From Halorussus marinus (GTDB lineage: Archaea > Halobacteriota > Halobacteria > Halobacteriales > Haladaptataceae), in contig NZ_SBIV01000005.1 of NCBI RefSeq assembly GCF_004765795.1, forward strand, positions 62,001 to 126,000: a stretch of DNA of 64,000 bases, in the 5' to 3' direction. Of the stretch, positions 36,010 through 45,727 are shown in pieces. The translations under genes were made by a program, and so were the position numbers. Numbering within the stretch: position 1 is the stretch's first letter; every line of letters begins with the position of its first letter. The notes below the pieces were generated by a model. That model was not told the DNA's origin. It ran no database searches and saw only the letters and a list, made by a program, of their open reading frames with translations.

Positions 36010-36050
36010 CTTATATATACTAGCTGACAGTCAGGGTAACATTTGAATAC
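36010..36050 (+). promoter_or_regulatory. TATA-box-containing promoter region
   Basis: CTTATATATAC at about 36010-36020 and TTTGAATA at about 36042-36049 in an AT-rich island upstream of the small ORF at 36072. Confidence 0.55.
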
Positions 36051-36071
36051 CCCGAGTTTGAGTGAGCCAGT

Positions 36072-36215
36072 ATGGAAACGGGAACTGCGGCCATCGAGCG
36101 GTGTGCGTACTGCCGAGAGTGGGTGCCGATAACCGTCGTCGAAGTCGCGGCCGGCAACGACCAGATCTCCGCGTCGGTCGCCGTCTGCGAGTCGTGTCGC
36201 ACCGACGGCCGGTGA
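36072..36215 (+). CDS. Small zinc-finger protein (47 aa; not in ORF track)
   Basis: METGTAAIERCAYCREWVPITVVEVAAGNDQISASVAVCESCRTDGR; two CxxC motifs; upstream TATA-like elements. Confidence 0.65.
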   Translation: METGTAAIERCAYCREWVPITVVEVAAGNDQISASVAVCESCRTDGR

Positions 36216-36362
36216 GCGGGCTCGCTCGGCGACCGCGCTCGAGAGTTCCTTTAACACCGGTCGCTCGCACCGACCCGTCGTCCCCGCTCGCGTCCTGCGG
36301 CCGAGACGCTCCCGTACCCCGCGCTAACCCCGACTCACCGTTCGGCCTCGGCGGGGTCGTCG

Positions 36363-36731
36363 TTAGGACACGCCCTCTCGGTCTCCGGCCCCGACGCGGC
36401 CGCGCCGACCCAGCTGACCGTCGACTCCCGTACCACCATCACCAACTCGGGCACGTACCTGCTGACCGCCGACGTCGAGGGCGCGGGCGACACCGCCATC
36501 TCCCAGTCGTGCGTCGAGATCCGCGTCGCCGACGTGACGTTCGACGGCGGCGGCCACGTCCTCGATGGCCGCGCCGAGAGCCACACCACCGGCGTCGCGG
36601 TCGAGCACGGCTCGGCGACCGTCCCGAATGCCACTATCGCGGACAACCTCGTCTGCGTCTCCGCGCTCGGCGCGACCGACCTCACCCTCGCCGACAACGA
36701 CCGCGCGCCAGACCGACCGAGCGCCGCGTGA
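36363..36731 (+). pseudogene. Remnant of a secreted parallel beta-helix (NosD/CASH-like) protein
   Basis: Frame reads TTITNSGTYLLTADV...SCVEIRVADVTFDGGGHVLDG...GVAV; no in-frame start codon between the upstream stop (about 36252) and 36534; ends early. Confidence 0.55.
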
Positions 36732-36769
36732 TCGCCCGGCTTTAGTGGCTCGGAGAACGTGTAAAACAC

Positions 36770-37357
36770 ATGACCGACGATCCCGCGACGTGGTGGGACG
36801 AGGCGTACGAGGGCGACCCCCCGTGGGAGAACGGCCGCCCGCAACCGGCGCTCGTCGACCTCGTCGAGGCCGGCGCCCTCGACGGCCGGATCCTGGACGC
36901 GGGCTGTGGCGCCGGTACCCACGCCTGCTATCTCGCCGCGCGCGGGCGCTCGGTCGTCGGCGTGGACGTCTCGGAGCGCGCGGTCGAGCGGGCGCGTCTC
37001 ACGGCCCGCGAGCGCGACCTCGACGCGACCTTCCGGGTCGGCGACGCGCTCGACCTCGACCCCGACCTCGGACCCTTCGACGCGGCGTTCGACTGCGGCC
37101 TGTTCCACGCGCTCGATCCGGTCCAGCGCGACGCCTACGCCCATAGCCTCGCGGGCGTGCTCCCGGCCGGCGGGCGCGCGTACGTCCTCTCTTTCGCCGA
37201 GCGAGCGCCCGCCGACTGGGGGCCGAACCGCGTCGCCGGCGCCGACGTTCGCGAGGCGTTCGCCGACGGGTGGCGCGTCCGGGACCTGCGTGAGGTTCGG
37301 TTCGAGACCAACGACACCGACGTTCCGGGGTCGCTCGCGGTCCTCCGGCGCGTCTGA
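36770..37357 (+). CDS. Class I SAM-dependent methyltransferase
   Basis: PPWE.GRPQPA, ILDAGCGAG, GVDVS, FDCGLFH. Confidence 0.92.
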   Translation: MTDDPATWWDEAYEGDPPWENGRPQPALVDLVEAGALDGRILDAGCGAGTHACYLAARGRSVVGVDVSERAVERARLTARERDLDATFRVGDALDLDPDLGPFDAAFDCGLFHALDPVQRDAYAHSLAGVLPAGGRAYVLSFAERAPADWGPNRVAGADVREAFADGWRVRDLREVRFETNDTDVPGSLAVLRRV

Positions 37358-37424
37358 GTCGCCCGGCGACTCGTTCTCTGCCCCTTCCCGGTCGTTTTTA
37401 GCCCCGTCTCGCTAATCGTTACCC

Positions 37425-39083
37425 ATGTCCGACCCCGATCTCGACAGATTCGTGTCCAGACGATCGACGACGTACGCGCCCAACGGCCTCGTCGCGACGA
37501 GTCAACCGCTCGCGGCGGAGGCGGGCGTCGAGATCCTCCGGGCGGGCGGCAACGCCTTCGACGCCGCCGTCGCCACGGCGGCGGCGCTGAACGTAGTCGA
37601 ACCCACCAGCACCGGCCTCGGCGGCGACGTGTTCGCGCTCTACCGGACCGCCGACGGCGAGGTGGGCGCGATGCGCTCGTGCGGCGGCGCGCCCGCCGAC
37701 GCCACCATCGAGAACGTCCGAGAGTCGCTGCGCGAGGCCGACGACATCTCCTCGTACTACCCCGACGACGGCGGCTACGCCGTCGACGACACCGAGGAGG
37801 CCGGAATGCCCTTCTACGGCCCCCACGCGGTCACGGTCCCCGGCACCGCCCGGGGGTGGGAGGCGACCGTCCAAGAGCTCGGCCGGCTCACGCTCGCCGA
37901 CGCGCTCGAACCCGCGATCGGATACGCCACCGAGGGGTACCCGGTGTCGGAGGTCATCGCCTCCTACTGGCAGGGCGCCGAGGAGCTTTTCACCGACGAG
38001 AACGCCCGCGAGGCCTACCTGTTCGACGGGGAGGCCCCGAGCGTCGGCGAGACCGCCCGGCTCCCGAAGCTCGGCGAGTCGATGCGCAGGATCGCCGAGG
38101 AGGGCGCAGACGTCGTCTACGAGGGCGAGATCGCCGAGCAGATCGCCGACGAGATACAGTCCCACGGCGGGTTCATGACCGTCGAGGACCTCGCGGCCTT
38201 CGAGCCGGAGTTTCTCGATCCGGTGTCGACGACGTACAACGGCGCGGAGATCTACGAGCTCCCGCCGAACAATCAGGGCCTGATCGCCTTAGAGGCGCTC
38301 AACATCGCCGAGGAGCTCGGAGCGGGCGAGCACCCGATCGACTCGCCCGAGCGCGTCCACTACTTCGCGGAGGCGACCAAGCGGGCCTTCCACGACGGCC
38401 ACCGCTACATCACCGACCCCGAGTACGAGGAGATCCCGCCGCTCGCATCGAAGTCGTACGCCGCCGAGCGCGCGGCCGACGTCGACGACACCGCCTCGGA
38501 CGTCTCGTTCGGGGTTCCGAACGCCAACGCCGAGGACGCCGATACGGTCCTGTTGACGGTCGCCGACGACGAGGGCAACGTGGTCTCGTACATCAACTCC
38601 CGCTTTGCGGGCTTCGGCTCCGGGCTGGTCGCGGGCGACACCGGCATCGCGCTCCAGAACCGCGGCTCGTCGTTCTCGCTCGACCCCGACCACCCCAACA
38701 GCCTCGAACCCGGCAAGCGACCCTTCCACACACTGATCCCCGCTGTCGCCGACTTCGGAGACGACGACTGGGCCGCGTTCGGGGTGATGGGCGGGTACAT
38801 GCAACCCCAAGGCCACGTTCAGGTCATCTCGAACATCGTCGATTACGACATGCCCCTGCAGGCCGCGCTCGACCAGCCCCGGTGGCGCTACCGCGAGGAC
38901 GGCTCGCTCGCGGTCGAAGGACGAATGGACGGCAACGTCCAGTCGAAGCTCGCCCGGATGGGCCACGACGTGCGGGTGCTCCCGCCGGTCTCGTTCGGCG
39001 GCGCCCAGATCACCCGCCGGGAGGGCGAGACGCTGTCGGGCGCGACCGAACCGAGAAAAGACGGCTCCGCGTCCGGCTACTGA
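37425..39083 (+). CDS. ggt: Gamma-glutamyltransferase family protein
   Basis: GGNAFDAAVA, VEPTSTGLGGD, TVPG, ELPPNNQG, DTVLL (Thr nucleophile), LQNRG, PGKRPFHT, MGGYMQPQGH, PRKDG. Confidence 0.95.
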   Translation: MSDPDLDRFVSRRSTTYAPNGLVATSQPLAAEAGVEILRAGGNAFDAAVATAAALNVVEPTSTGLGGDVFALYRTADGEVGAMRSCGGAPADATIENVRESLREADDISSYYPDDGGYAVDDTEEAGMPFYGPHAVTVPGTARGWEATVQELGRLTLADALEPAIGYATEGYPVSEVIASYWQGAEELFTDENAREAYLFDGEAPSVGETARLPKLGESMRRIAEEGADVVYEGEIAEQIADEIQSHGGFMTVEDLAAFEPEFLDPVSTTYNGAEIYELPPNNQGLIALEALNIAEELGAGEHPIDSPERVHYFAEATKRAFHDGHRYITDPEYEEIPPLASKSYAAERAADVDDTASDVSFGVPNANAEDADTVLLTVADDEGNVVSYINSRFAGFGSGLVAGDTGIALQNRGSSFSLDPDHPNSLEPGKRPFHTLIPAVADFGDDDWAAFGVMGGYMQPQGHVQVISNIVDYDMPLQAALDQPRWRYREDGSLAVEGRMDGNVQSKLARMGHDVRVLPPVSFGGAQITRREGETLSGATEPRKDGSASGY

Positions 39084-39290
39084 TTACACGCCCGCCTCCT
39101 CGTCGCCCGCCGGCTCCCCGGCGTCCCCGTCGATCGTGATCTCGGTCGGTTCCCGCGCGGCGCGGTCGCGCGTTCCGGCGTCGCCGGCGCTCCGGGATCC
39201 CACAGCGTATCCGATCCCGAACGCCAGCGCGAGCGCGAGCAGTCGGCCGACCGACGAGCGTCCCGCCTCGTCGTGGGTCTGATCTCCCAT
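39084..39290 (-). CDS. Small single-TM hypothetical protein (68 aa)
   Basis: ATG 39290; LLALALAFGIGYAVG helix followed by an acidic tail. Confidence 0.65.
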   Translation of the reverse strand: MGDQTHDEAGRSSVGRLLALALAFGIGYAVGSRSAGDAGTRDRAAREPTEITIDGDAGEPAGDEEAGV

Positions 39291-39345
39291 GTCGTAGCCC
39301 ACGGACGAGAGTGACTTTGGGGTTGGGGCGTCCCGACCCCGCTTT

Positions 39346-39720
39346 TCACCCCTCGTGGCGCCGAATCTTGTCGAGGAAGCTCGCGAGCGTGCCGCTCACC
39401 GCGACCGCCGTCACCTCTCCTTCGTCGCTGTCGTAGGTGAGCACGCCCGACTCCTCGAGCTTCGGGAGGTGGTTGTGGTGGAGCGCGGTGGCGATCTGGG
39501 TCCGAGTTATCATCGAGACGTCGTCGGGCGGCCGCTGGAACTCTCGGCCGGCGACCTGATCGGTGAGCCGTTCGATGGGTATCGGCTCGGGCTGGCCGTC
39601 GACGACCGCGAGCGCGTGGCGGCGGTAACGCTCGCTCAGTAACGAGAGGATCTCGTCGAGTTCGAGGTCCGCCCCGCCGTCGGTCTGCTCGGGTTCGTCG
39701 GTGGCGGGGTCGTCTGGCAT
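39346..39720 (-). CDS. Haloarchaeal winged-helix-like (DUF7344-type) protein
   Basis: LLSERYRRHAL...LTDQVA...ALHHNHLPKLEESGVLTYD pattern. Confidence 0.85.
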   Translation of the reverse strand: MPDDPATDEPEQTDGGADLELDEILSLLSERYRRHALAVVDGQPEPIPIERLTDQVAGREFQRPPDDVSMITRTQIATALHHNHLPKLEESGVLTYDSDEGEVTAVAVSGTLASFLDKIRRHEG

Positions 39721-39867
39721 ACACGACTCAAATTCTTTCTCGCCTAAACGGTTATCGCATTCTGTCGGCGATCACCCGAGCGAGAAATACGCGCGTAACT
39801 GGCCGTAGAAGAAGCGAAACGTCCTCGTACCGCGTGAGGAAACCGGGCGACGAGGCCGACTCGGAGA

Positions 39868-41295
39868 CTATCCGAGGCTCCCCTCCATTTCGAGTTCGAT
39901 GAGCCGATTGAGTTCGACCGCGTACTCGATCGGGAGTTCCTCGGTGATTGGTTCGATGAACCCCGAGACGATCATCTGTTTTGCGTCGTCGTCGTCGAGC
40001 CCTCGAGACTGGAGGTAGAAGACGTCCTCGTCGCCGATCTTCCCCACCGTCGCCTCGTGGGCCACGTCGACTTTCGACTCGTCGATCTCCATGTACGGCA
40101 TCGTGTCCGACGTCGACTCGTTGTCGAACATCAAAGCATCACACTCCACCGACGTCGAGGAGTGTTCGGCACCCTCCGAGATGTGGACCAGCCCTCGGTA
40201 GTTGGTGCGCCCGCCGTCCTTGCTGATGGATTTCGACTCGATCGTCGAGTTCGTATGCGGCGCGTTGTGATAGACCTTCGCACCGGTGTCGATGTTCTGG
40301 CCCTCGCCCGCGAACGCGATCGAAATCTGGTTCGCCGACGCGCCTCGGCCCTTCAGCACCGAACACGGGTACAGCATCGTCGCCTTCGACCCCATGCTTC
40401 CGGACACCCACTCCATGCGCCCGCCCTTCTCGACGAGCGCGCGCTTGGTGTTGAGGTTGAACGTGTTCTTGCTCCAGTTTTGGACGGTCGAGTACTGGAC
40501 GTGAGCGTCCTCGCCCACGAAGACCTCGACGCCGCCGCTGTGGAGATTGTGACTGCCGTACTTGGGCGCGCTACAGCCTTCGATGTAGTGGACCTCGCTT
40601 CCCTCTTCGGCGATGATGAGGGTGTGTTCGAACTGGCCCATGCCCTCCGAATTCATGCGGAAGTAGGCCTGGACGGGCATTTCGACGGTGACGCCCTCGG
40701 GGACGTAGACGAAACTGCCGCCACTCCAGACGGCGCCGTGGAGCGCGGCGAACTTGTTGTCCGACGGGGGGACACAGGAGGTCATGAAGTACTCCTTCAC
40801 TAACTCTTCGTGTTCGCGGACGGCCTCGTCCATGTTGCAGAACACGACGCCTTTCTCCTCCCACTGTTCTTGCATGTTCTGGTAGACGACCTCCGACTCG
40901 TACTGAGCGCCGACCCCGGAGAGGGCCTTGCGCTCGGCCTCGGGAATGCCGAGTTTTTCGAAGGTGTCCTGGATGTCCTCGGGGAGGTCGTCCCAGCTGT
41001 CGGCGCCCTCGCGCTTGTCGACGTCGGGGCGGATGTAGGGGACGATCTCTTCGATGTCGAGTTGGGTGAGGTCGGGCTGGCCGGGCCAGTCGGTGGGCAA
41101 CGGCATGTTCTGGTAGTGCTCGAGCGCGCGCAGGCGCCGGTCGAGCATCCAGTCGGGCTCGTCTTTGTCCTCGCTGATCAGCCGCACGACCTCTTCGGTA
41201 AGGCCCTTGCCGGACTTGACCGCGGAGCTCTCCTCTTTTTTGAACTCGAAGCGCTCCTCGGTGTTGGTCTCCTGAAGCTCCTCGTCGGTACTCAT
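39868..41295 (-). CDS. sufB: Fe-S cluster assembly protein SufB (stand-alone)
   Basis: GAQYESE, DNKFAALH..VWSGGSF, GQFEHTLI, YIEGCSAP, YSTVQNW, ECDAL, HEATVGKI, YLQSRG, EMEGSLG. Confidence 0.97.
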   Translation of the reverse strand: MSTDEELQETNTEERFEFKKEESSAVKSGKGLTEEVVRLISEDKDEPDWMLDRRLRALEHYQNMPLPTDWPGQPDLTQLDIEEIVPYIRPDVDKREGADSWDDLPEDIQDTFEKLGIPEAERKALSGVGAQYESEVVYQNMQEQWEEKGVVFCNMDEAVREHEELVKEYFMTSCVPPSDNKFAALHGAVWSGGSFVYVPEGVTVEMPVQAYFRMNSEGMGQFEHTLIIAEEGSEVHYIEGCSAPKYGSHNLHSGGVEVFVGEDAHVQYSTVQNWSKNTFNLNTKRALVEKGGRMEWVSGSMGSKATMLYPCSVLKGRGASANQISIAFAGEGQNIDTGAKVYHNAPHTNSTIESKSISKDGGRTNYRGLVHISEGAEHSSTSVECDALMFDNESTSDTMPYMEIDESKVDVAHEATVGKIGDEDVFYLQSRGLDDDDAKQMIVSGFIEPITEELPIEYAVELNRLIELEMEGSLG

Positions 41296-41389
41296 ACGCG
41301 TAACTGCGTACCGAAGCCTCTTAACTTCGTGGCCGAATACGGGCGCGAAGAAACCGAAATCAGTTACGAACGCCGCGAAACGTATGGAA

Positions 41390-41647
41390 CTACGATTCCG
41401 TTTCGACGTTGGCGTTGGCGTCGGTGGCGGTCGGGTCGGCGTCGGGTTCGACGTCCGGGTCTTTCATCTCGTCGAGCTCGTCTTCGATCTCCTGGCGGCC
41501 CTTCTTGAACTCGCCCATCGCCTCGCCGGTCGAGCGGGCGAGCTTCGGGATCTTGTTGGCCCCGAACAGCAGGACGGCGATGAGGAGGATCACCATCATC
41601 TCCATCCCGCCGGGAATCGGGCCGAACAGCGGAATCAGTTGCGTCAT
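41390..41647 (-). CDS. tatA: Twin-arginine translocase subunit TatA
   Basis: PGGMEMMVILLIAVLLFGANKIPKLARSTGEAMGEFKKG. Confidence 0.95.
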   Translation of the reverse strand: MTQLIPLFGPIPGGMEMMVILLIAVLLFGANKIPKLARSTGEAMGEFKKGRQEIEDELDEMKDPDVEPDADPTATDANANVETES

Positions 41648-41753
41648 CTCTACCTCAACGTTTCCGGCCTCACTTGTAGGCTTTTCCCCTGTCGCGCCCG
41701 GCTCGGACCGTACGAGTGGCCTTCAAGTGAGTGGGGTTCGTACTCCCGGCCGA

Positions 41754-42497
41754 ATGGACGTAGCATCCTCCAAGGGCCGGACGATTCTGGCGGCGACCGG
41801 CCTCGGGGTCGGCGGCTTCGCGTTCGCGTCGGTCCTGGTCACGGTCGCCTCGCTGGCGCTGATCGTCGCTGGTATTCCGCTGATGGAGCGCCCGACGCTC
41901 CTGCTCGGGCTCTCGACCGTCATGGGCCAAGGCGTCGCGTTCGGCACGTTCGCGCTCGCGTACCTCCGATACACCGACCGCGGACTCGGGTTCGTCCGCG
42001 CCCGCGTCCCGACGCTACGGGACGTGGCGTGGTCGATCGGCGGGCTCCTCGCGCTGTTGGGCGGGCTGGTCGCCATCTCGGCGGTGTTCGCGTCGCTCGG
42101 CGTCGAATCGGCGTCGAACACGGTCGAACAGTACGCCGAGCAGGACCCCCGGGTCTACCTGTTCTTGATCCCGATGTCGTTCCTGTTCATCGGTCCCGGC
42201 GAGGAACTGCTCTATCGGGGCGTGGTGCAGGGCCGGCTCCGGGAGGTGTTCGGCCCCGCGCTCGCCATCGGCGCGGCGAGCGTGATCTTCGCCGGCATCC
42301 ACATCTTCTCGTTGCAGGGGCAGGGCAAACTGGCGTACCTCGCCATCCTGCTGGTCCTCTCGCCGATCCTCGGGTTCGCCTACGAGGCGACCGACAATCT
42401 GGTTGTGCCGTCGCTCATTCACGGCGCGTTCAACGCGGTCCAGTTCTACGGCGCGTACGTGGCCGCCACCGGCGGGGTCGGACTCGCCGTCCTCTAG
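41754..42497 (+). CDS. CPBP family (CAAX protease-like/Abi) intramembrane metalloprotease
   Basis: GEELLYRG, FAGIH, IHGAFN motifs; ATG 41754. Confidence 0.9.
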   Translation: MDVASSKGRTILAATGLGVGGFAFASVLVTVASLALIVAGIPLMERPTLLLGLSTVMGQGVAFGTFALAYLRYTDRGLGFVRARVPTLRDVAWSIGGLLALLGGLVAISAVFASLGVESASNTVEQYAEQDPRVYLFLIPMSFLFIGPGEELLYRGVVQGRLREVFGPALAIGAASVIFAGIHIFSLQGQGKLAYLAILLVLSPILGFAYEATDNLVVPSLIHGAFNAVQFYGAYVAATGGVGLAVL

Positions 42498-42781
42498 GCG
42501 CCGGCCCACCGGACGACCCGAAACCGATCGTAGCCGCCGTACGCGAGTTCGAGCGCACCCATCCACCAGTTCCACCGTTCGGGAAGCGAGAGCCCGTCGG
42601 GCGCGTCGTCGAGGTTCTCGACGACCTCGCCCGCGGTCAGCTCTCGACCCGCGTCAGCTCGGAACTGCCCCGAGTCCGCCAGATCGCGGGCCTGTCGCGC
42701 GACCACCCGCGTGCCCGGTGCGTCGGTCCCGAAGGCTTCGCCAAGCAGTCGTTCGAATCGCTCGTCTGTCTCTGTGTTCAT
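42494..42781 (-). CDS. Hypothetical protein (95 aa)
   Basis: Acidic ORF ending ERWNWWMGALELAYGGY.RF.V, downstream of tfb. Confidence 0.75.
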   Translation of the reverse strand: MNTETDERFERLLGEAFGTDAPGTRVVARQARDLADSGQFRADAGRELTAGEVVENLDDAPDGLSLPERWNWWMGALELAYGGYDRFRVVRWAGA

Positions 42782-42842
42782 CGTTTGGTGTCGTCGACCC
42801 CGTCCCGTCGGAGACGGCCGGGCCCACGGTGGCTACGGTCGC

Positions 42843-43808
42843 TCAGTTGTAAAGTCCGATGGCCTTAATCTGCTCTTGATACCGATTGCGGATGGTGACC
42901 TCGGTCACCTGCGCGACGTCGGCGACCTCCCGCTGGGTCTTTTTCTCGTTGCACAAAAGCGAGGCGGCGTAGATGGCGGCGGCGGCGTAGCCGGTCGGGG
43001 ATTTGCCCGAGAGCAGGCCCTTCTCGGAGGTCACGTCGATGATCTCGTTGGCCTTGCTCTCGACCTCCTCGGTCAGTTCGAGCTCCGAGCAAAAACGGGG
43101 GACGTACTTTTTGGGGTCGACCGGCTCCATCCCGAGCGCGAGCTCCTGGGAGATGTACCGATAGGTGCGGCCGATCTCCTTGCGTTCGACCCGCGACACC
43201 TCGGCGACTTCCTCGAGGCTTCGCGGGATGCCTTCCTTCCGACAGGCGGCGTACAGCGCGGCGGTCGCGACGCCCTCGATCGAGCGCCCCCGAATCAGGT
43301 CCTCCTTGAGCGCGCGCCGGTAGATCACCGACGCGACCTCCTGAACCGACCGGGGAACGCCGAGCGCCGAGCACATCCGATTGAGTTCGCTCAGGGCGAA
43401 CTGGAGGTTGCGCTCGCCGGCGTCTTTGGTGCGGATGCGCTCTTGCCACTTTCGGAGTCGGTGCATCTGACTCCGCTTTTTCGAGGAGATCGACCGGCCG
43501 TAGGCGTCTTTGTCCTTCCAGTCGATGGTGGTCGTCAACCCCTTGTCGTGCATCGTATTGGTGGTCGGGGCACCGACCCGGGACTTCTCCTGGCGTTCGG
43601 AGTGGTTGAACGCCCGCCACTCGGGCCCCCGGTCGACGTTGTTCTCCTCGACGACGAGCCCGCAGTCCTCGCAGACGACCTCGCTCCCCCCGGCGTCGGC
43701 CACGAGCGATTTCGACTCACACTCCGGACACGTTTCGACCCCCTCCGACTCCTCCGCGGTGGTCTCGGCGGCTTGCTCTCGCTCGCGCTGGCGAATGGGC
43801 CCCGTCAT
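42843..43808 (-). CDS. tfb: Transcription initiation factor IIB (TFB)
   Basis: CPEC...CEDCG zinc ribbon, [55 protein letters not shown] 43808 with TTTATCTA about 30 nt upstream. Confidence 0.97.
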   Translation of the reverse strand: MTGPIRQREREQAAETTAEESEGVETCPECESKSLVADAGGSEVVCEDCGLVVEENNVDRGPEWRAFNHSERQEKSRVGAPTTNTMHDKGLTTTIDWKDKDAYGRSISSKKRSQMHRLRKWQERIRTKDAGERNLQFALSELNRMCSALGVPRSVQEVASVIYRRALKEDLIRGRSIEGVATAALYAACRKEGIPRSLEEVAEVSRVERKEIGRTYRYISQELALGMEPVDPKKYVPRFCSELELTEEVESKANEIIDVTSEKGLLSGKSPTGYAAAAIYAASLLCNEKKTQREVADVAQVTEVTIRNRYQEQIKAIGLYN

Positions 43809-43953
43809 GAGTCTATAACCGTACGCGACTTTGATAGATAAACCCTCCGCGGACTCCGATACCGGTTTCGAGGTTCTCGGGGCCGCGTCGTCGGACCGTT
43901 GGTCTCGGCGGTCGAGCCCGGGATTTATACGTGTTCCCGACGCCCTCACGCAC

Positions 43954-44241
43954 ATGGCATCGTCACGACCGACCGTCTACGCGGTAGACGAGTACGACCC
44001 CCTCGAATTCGACGCGGTCCTCGTCCGGGAGGACGCGCTGGTCTGTCTCGACGGCACCGACTCCGTCCGAGTCGTCCCGATGGACAAGGTCAACCACGTC
44101 GAGGCCGACCCCGACTCGATGCTCGTCGAGCGCGAACTCCCCGAGACGTTCTACGGCGGCGGCGAGTACGGCTTCGTCGACGTCGAGGCGTACCCCGACC
44201 TCGAACAGCACCTCGAAGAGCTCGAAGCCGAGCAGTACTGA
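43954..44241 (+). CDS. Hypothetical protein (95 aa)
   Basis: Acidic ORF from ATG 43954 with TTTATA about 25 nt upstream, consistent with a leaderless transcript. Confidence 0.75.
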   Translation: MASSRPTVYAVDEYDPLEFDAVLVREDALVCLDGTDSVRVVPMDKVNHVEADPDSMLVERELPETFYGGGEYGFVDVEAYPDLEQHLEELEAEQY

Positions 44242-44269
44242 TAAGCCGGGCCCCGACCAACGCCCGGCC

Positions 44270-45406
44270 ATGAACGTCTTCGAAGACCGCACCCGACGCT
44301 GTCAGCGCCGGCTCGCGGCGGTCGGCGCCGACGCGGCCGTCCTGTTCCCGAGCGCGAACCTCTTTTACGCCGCGGGGTTCCGCGAGGAGCCGATGGAGCG
44401 CCACCTGTTCCTGTTCGTGCCGAGCGCCGACGAGGACGACCCGGCGACACCCGGCGACGATCCCGTCTTCCTCGCGCCCGAGATGTACGACGAGCAGATC
44501 CGGGACGCCTCGTGGGTCCCGGACGTCCGGCTGTGGGCCGACGGCGAGGACCCCGCCGAACTGACCGCGGAGATCGCCGACGAGCTCGGGCTCCGCGGGG
44601 GTCGCCTGCTGGTCGACGACACCATGTGGGCGCGGTTCACACAGGACCTCCGGGCCGCGCTTCCGGACGCGACGTTCGGGCTCGCCAGTGAGGTGTTCGA
44701 CGACCTCCGGATCCGGAAAGACGAGGCCGAACTCGACGCCCTCCGGCGGGCCGCCGCCCTCGCCGACGAGGTCAGCGTCGCGGTCCGAGAACTGGGCGCC
44801 GAGGCGGTCGGGATGACCGAGTCGGCGCTCGCCGACGAGATCGGCCGCATGCTCGCCGATCGGGGCGGCGACGGCGTCGCCTTCGAGACCGTGGTCGGCG
44901 CCGGGCCGAACGGCGCCAAGCCCCACCACCGTCACGGCGACCGCGAGATCCGGCGCGGCGACCCGGTGGTCCTCGATTTCGGCGCGTACGTCGACGGCTA
45001 CCCGGGCGACCAGACCCGGACCGTGGTGTTCGACGGCGAGTCCCCGGCCGAGTACGAGACGGTCCACGAGACGGTCCGGGCGGCCCAGCGGGCCGCCGTC
45101 GAAGCCGTCGAGCCCGGCGTCCCCGCGGAGGCGGTCGATCGGGCCGCCCGCGAGGTCATCGAGGAGGCGGGCTACGGCGATCGGTTCGTCCACCGCACCG
45201 GCCACGGCGTGGGGCTCGACGTCCACGAGGCGCCGTACGTCGTCGACGGCAACGACGCCGAACTGGAGCCCGGGATGGTGTTCAGCGTCGAGCCGGGGAT
45301 CTACCTCGACGGGGCGTTCGGCGTCCGGATCGAGGACCTCGTGGTCGTGACCGAGGACGGCTGTGAGCGACTCAACGACTCGCCCCGGACGTGGGAACCG
45401 CTCTGA
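44270..45406 (+). CDS. Xaa-Pro peptidase (M24 family)
   Basis: RIRKDEAE, PHH, LDFG...GYPGDQTRT, HRTGHGVGLDVHE, SVEPGIY, GVRIED. Confidence 0.95.
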   Translation: MNVFEDRTRRCQRRLAAVGADAAVLFPSANLFYAAGFREEPMERHLFLFVPSADEDDPATPGDDPVFLAPEMYDEQIRDASWVPDVRLWADGEDPAELTAEIADELGLRGGRLLVDDTMWARFTQDLRAALPDATFGLASEVFDDLRIRKDEAELDALRRAAALADEVSVAVRELGAEAVGMTESALADEIGRMLADRGGDGVAFETVVGAGPNGAKPHHRHGDREIRRGDPVVLDFGAYVDGYPGDQTRTVVFDGESPAEYETVHETVRAAQRAAVEAVEPGVPAEAVDRAAREVIEEAGYGDRFVHRTGHGVGLDVHEAPYVVDGNDAELEPGMVFSVEPGIYLDGAFGVRIEDLVVVTEDGCERLNDSPRTWEPL

Positions 45407-45410
45407 GCCG

Positions 45411-45671
45411 ATGGCGTACGTGAGCCACGCTGTCCGGTCGATCCGCGAGGAGCCGATTCCGGGCGAGACGGTCCGGCTCGTGGTGACCGCCGCCGACGAC
45501 GCCGACATCGCCGACCTCCGCGCGGCGCTCGACCCGCTCGGCGAGGTGGTGGACGAACTCCCGTTCGACCGCCTGCTCGTCGCGGTCGACCACGACCGGG
45601 TCGGGGCGGTCTGTACCCTCGACGCCGCGAGCGCGGTCGAGACCGACGCCACCATCGGCTTCCCGTCCTAA
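45411..45671 (+). CDS. Small protein resembling a peptidase propeptide/inhibitor (I9-like) domain
   Basis: VRLVV...LRAAL...GEVVDELPFDRLLVAV...AVETD alternating beta-alpha pattern; ORF support is good, the fold assignment is inference. Confidence 0.6.
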   Translation: MAYVSHAVRSIREEPIPGETVRLVVTAADDADIADLRAALDPLGEVVDELPFDRLLVAVDHDRVGAVCTLDAASAVETDATIGFPS

Positions 45672-45727
45672 CGCCCGGCAGGCAGTTTGAAGTGACCGTC
45701 CGGTGTACGGTGTTGGGGGACCGGGGG

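Noticed and set aside
39736..39787. Inverted repeat TTTCTCGC...GCGAGAAA between the DUF7344-type gene and sufB, considered as an sRNA or MITE
   Set aside because: Only 8-bp arms, a single copy and no target-site duplication; insufficient support.
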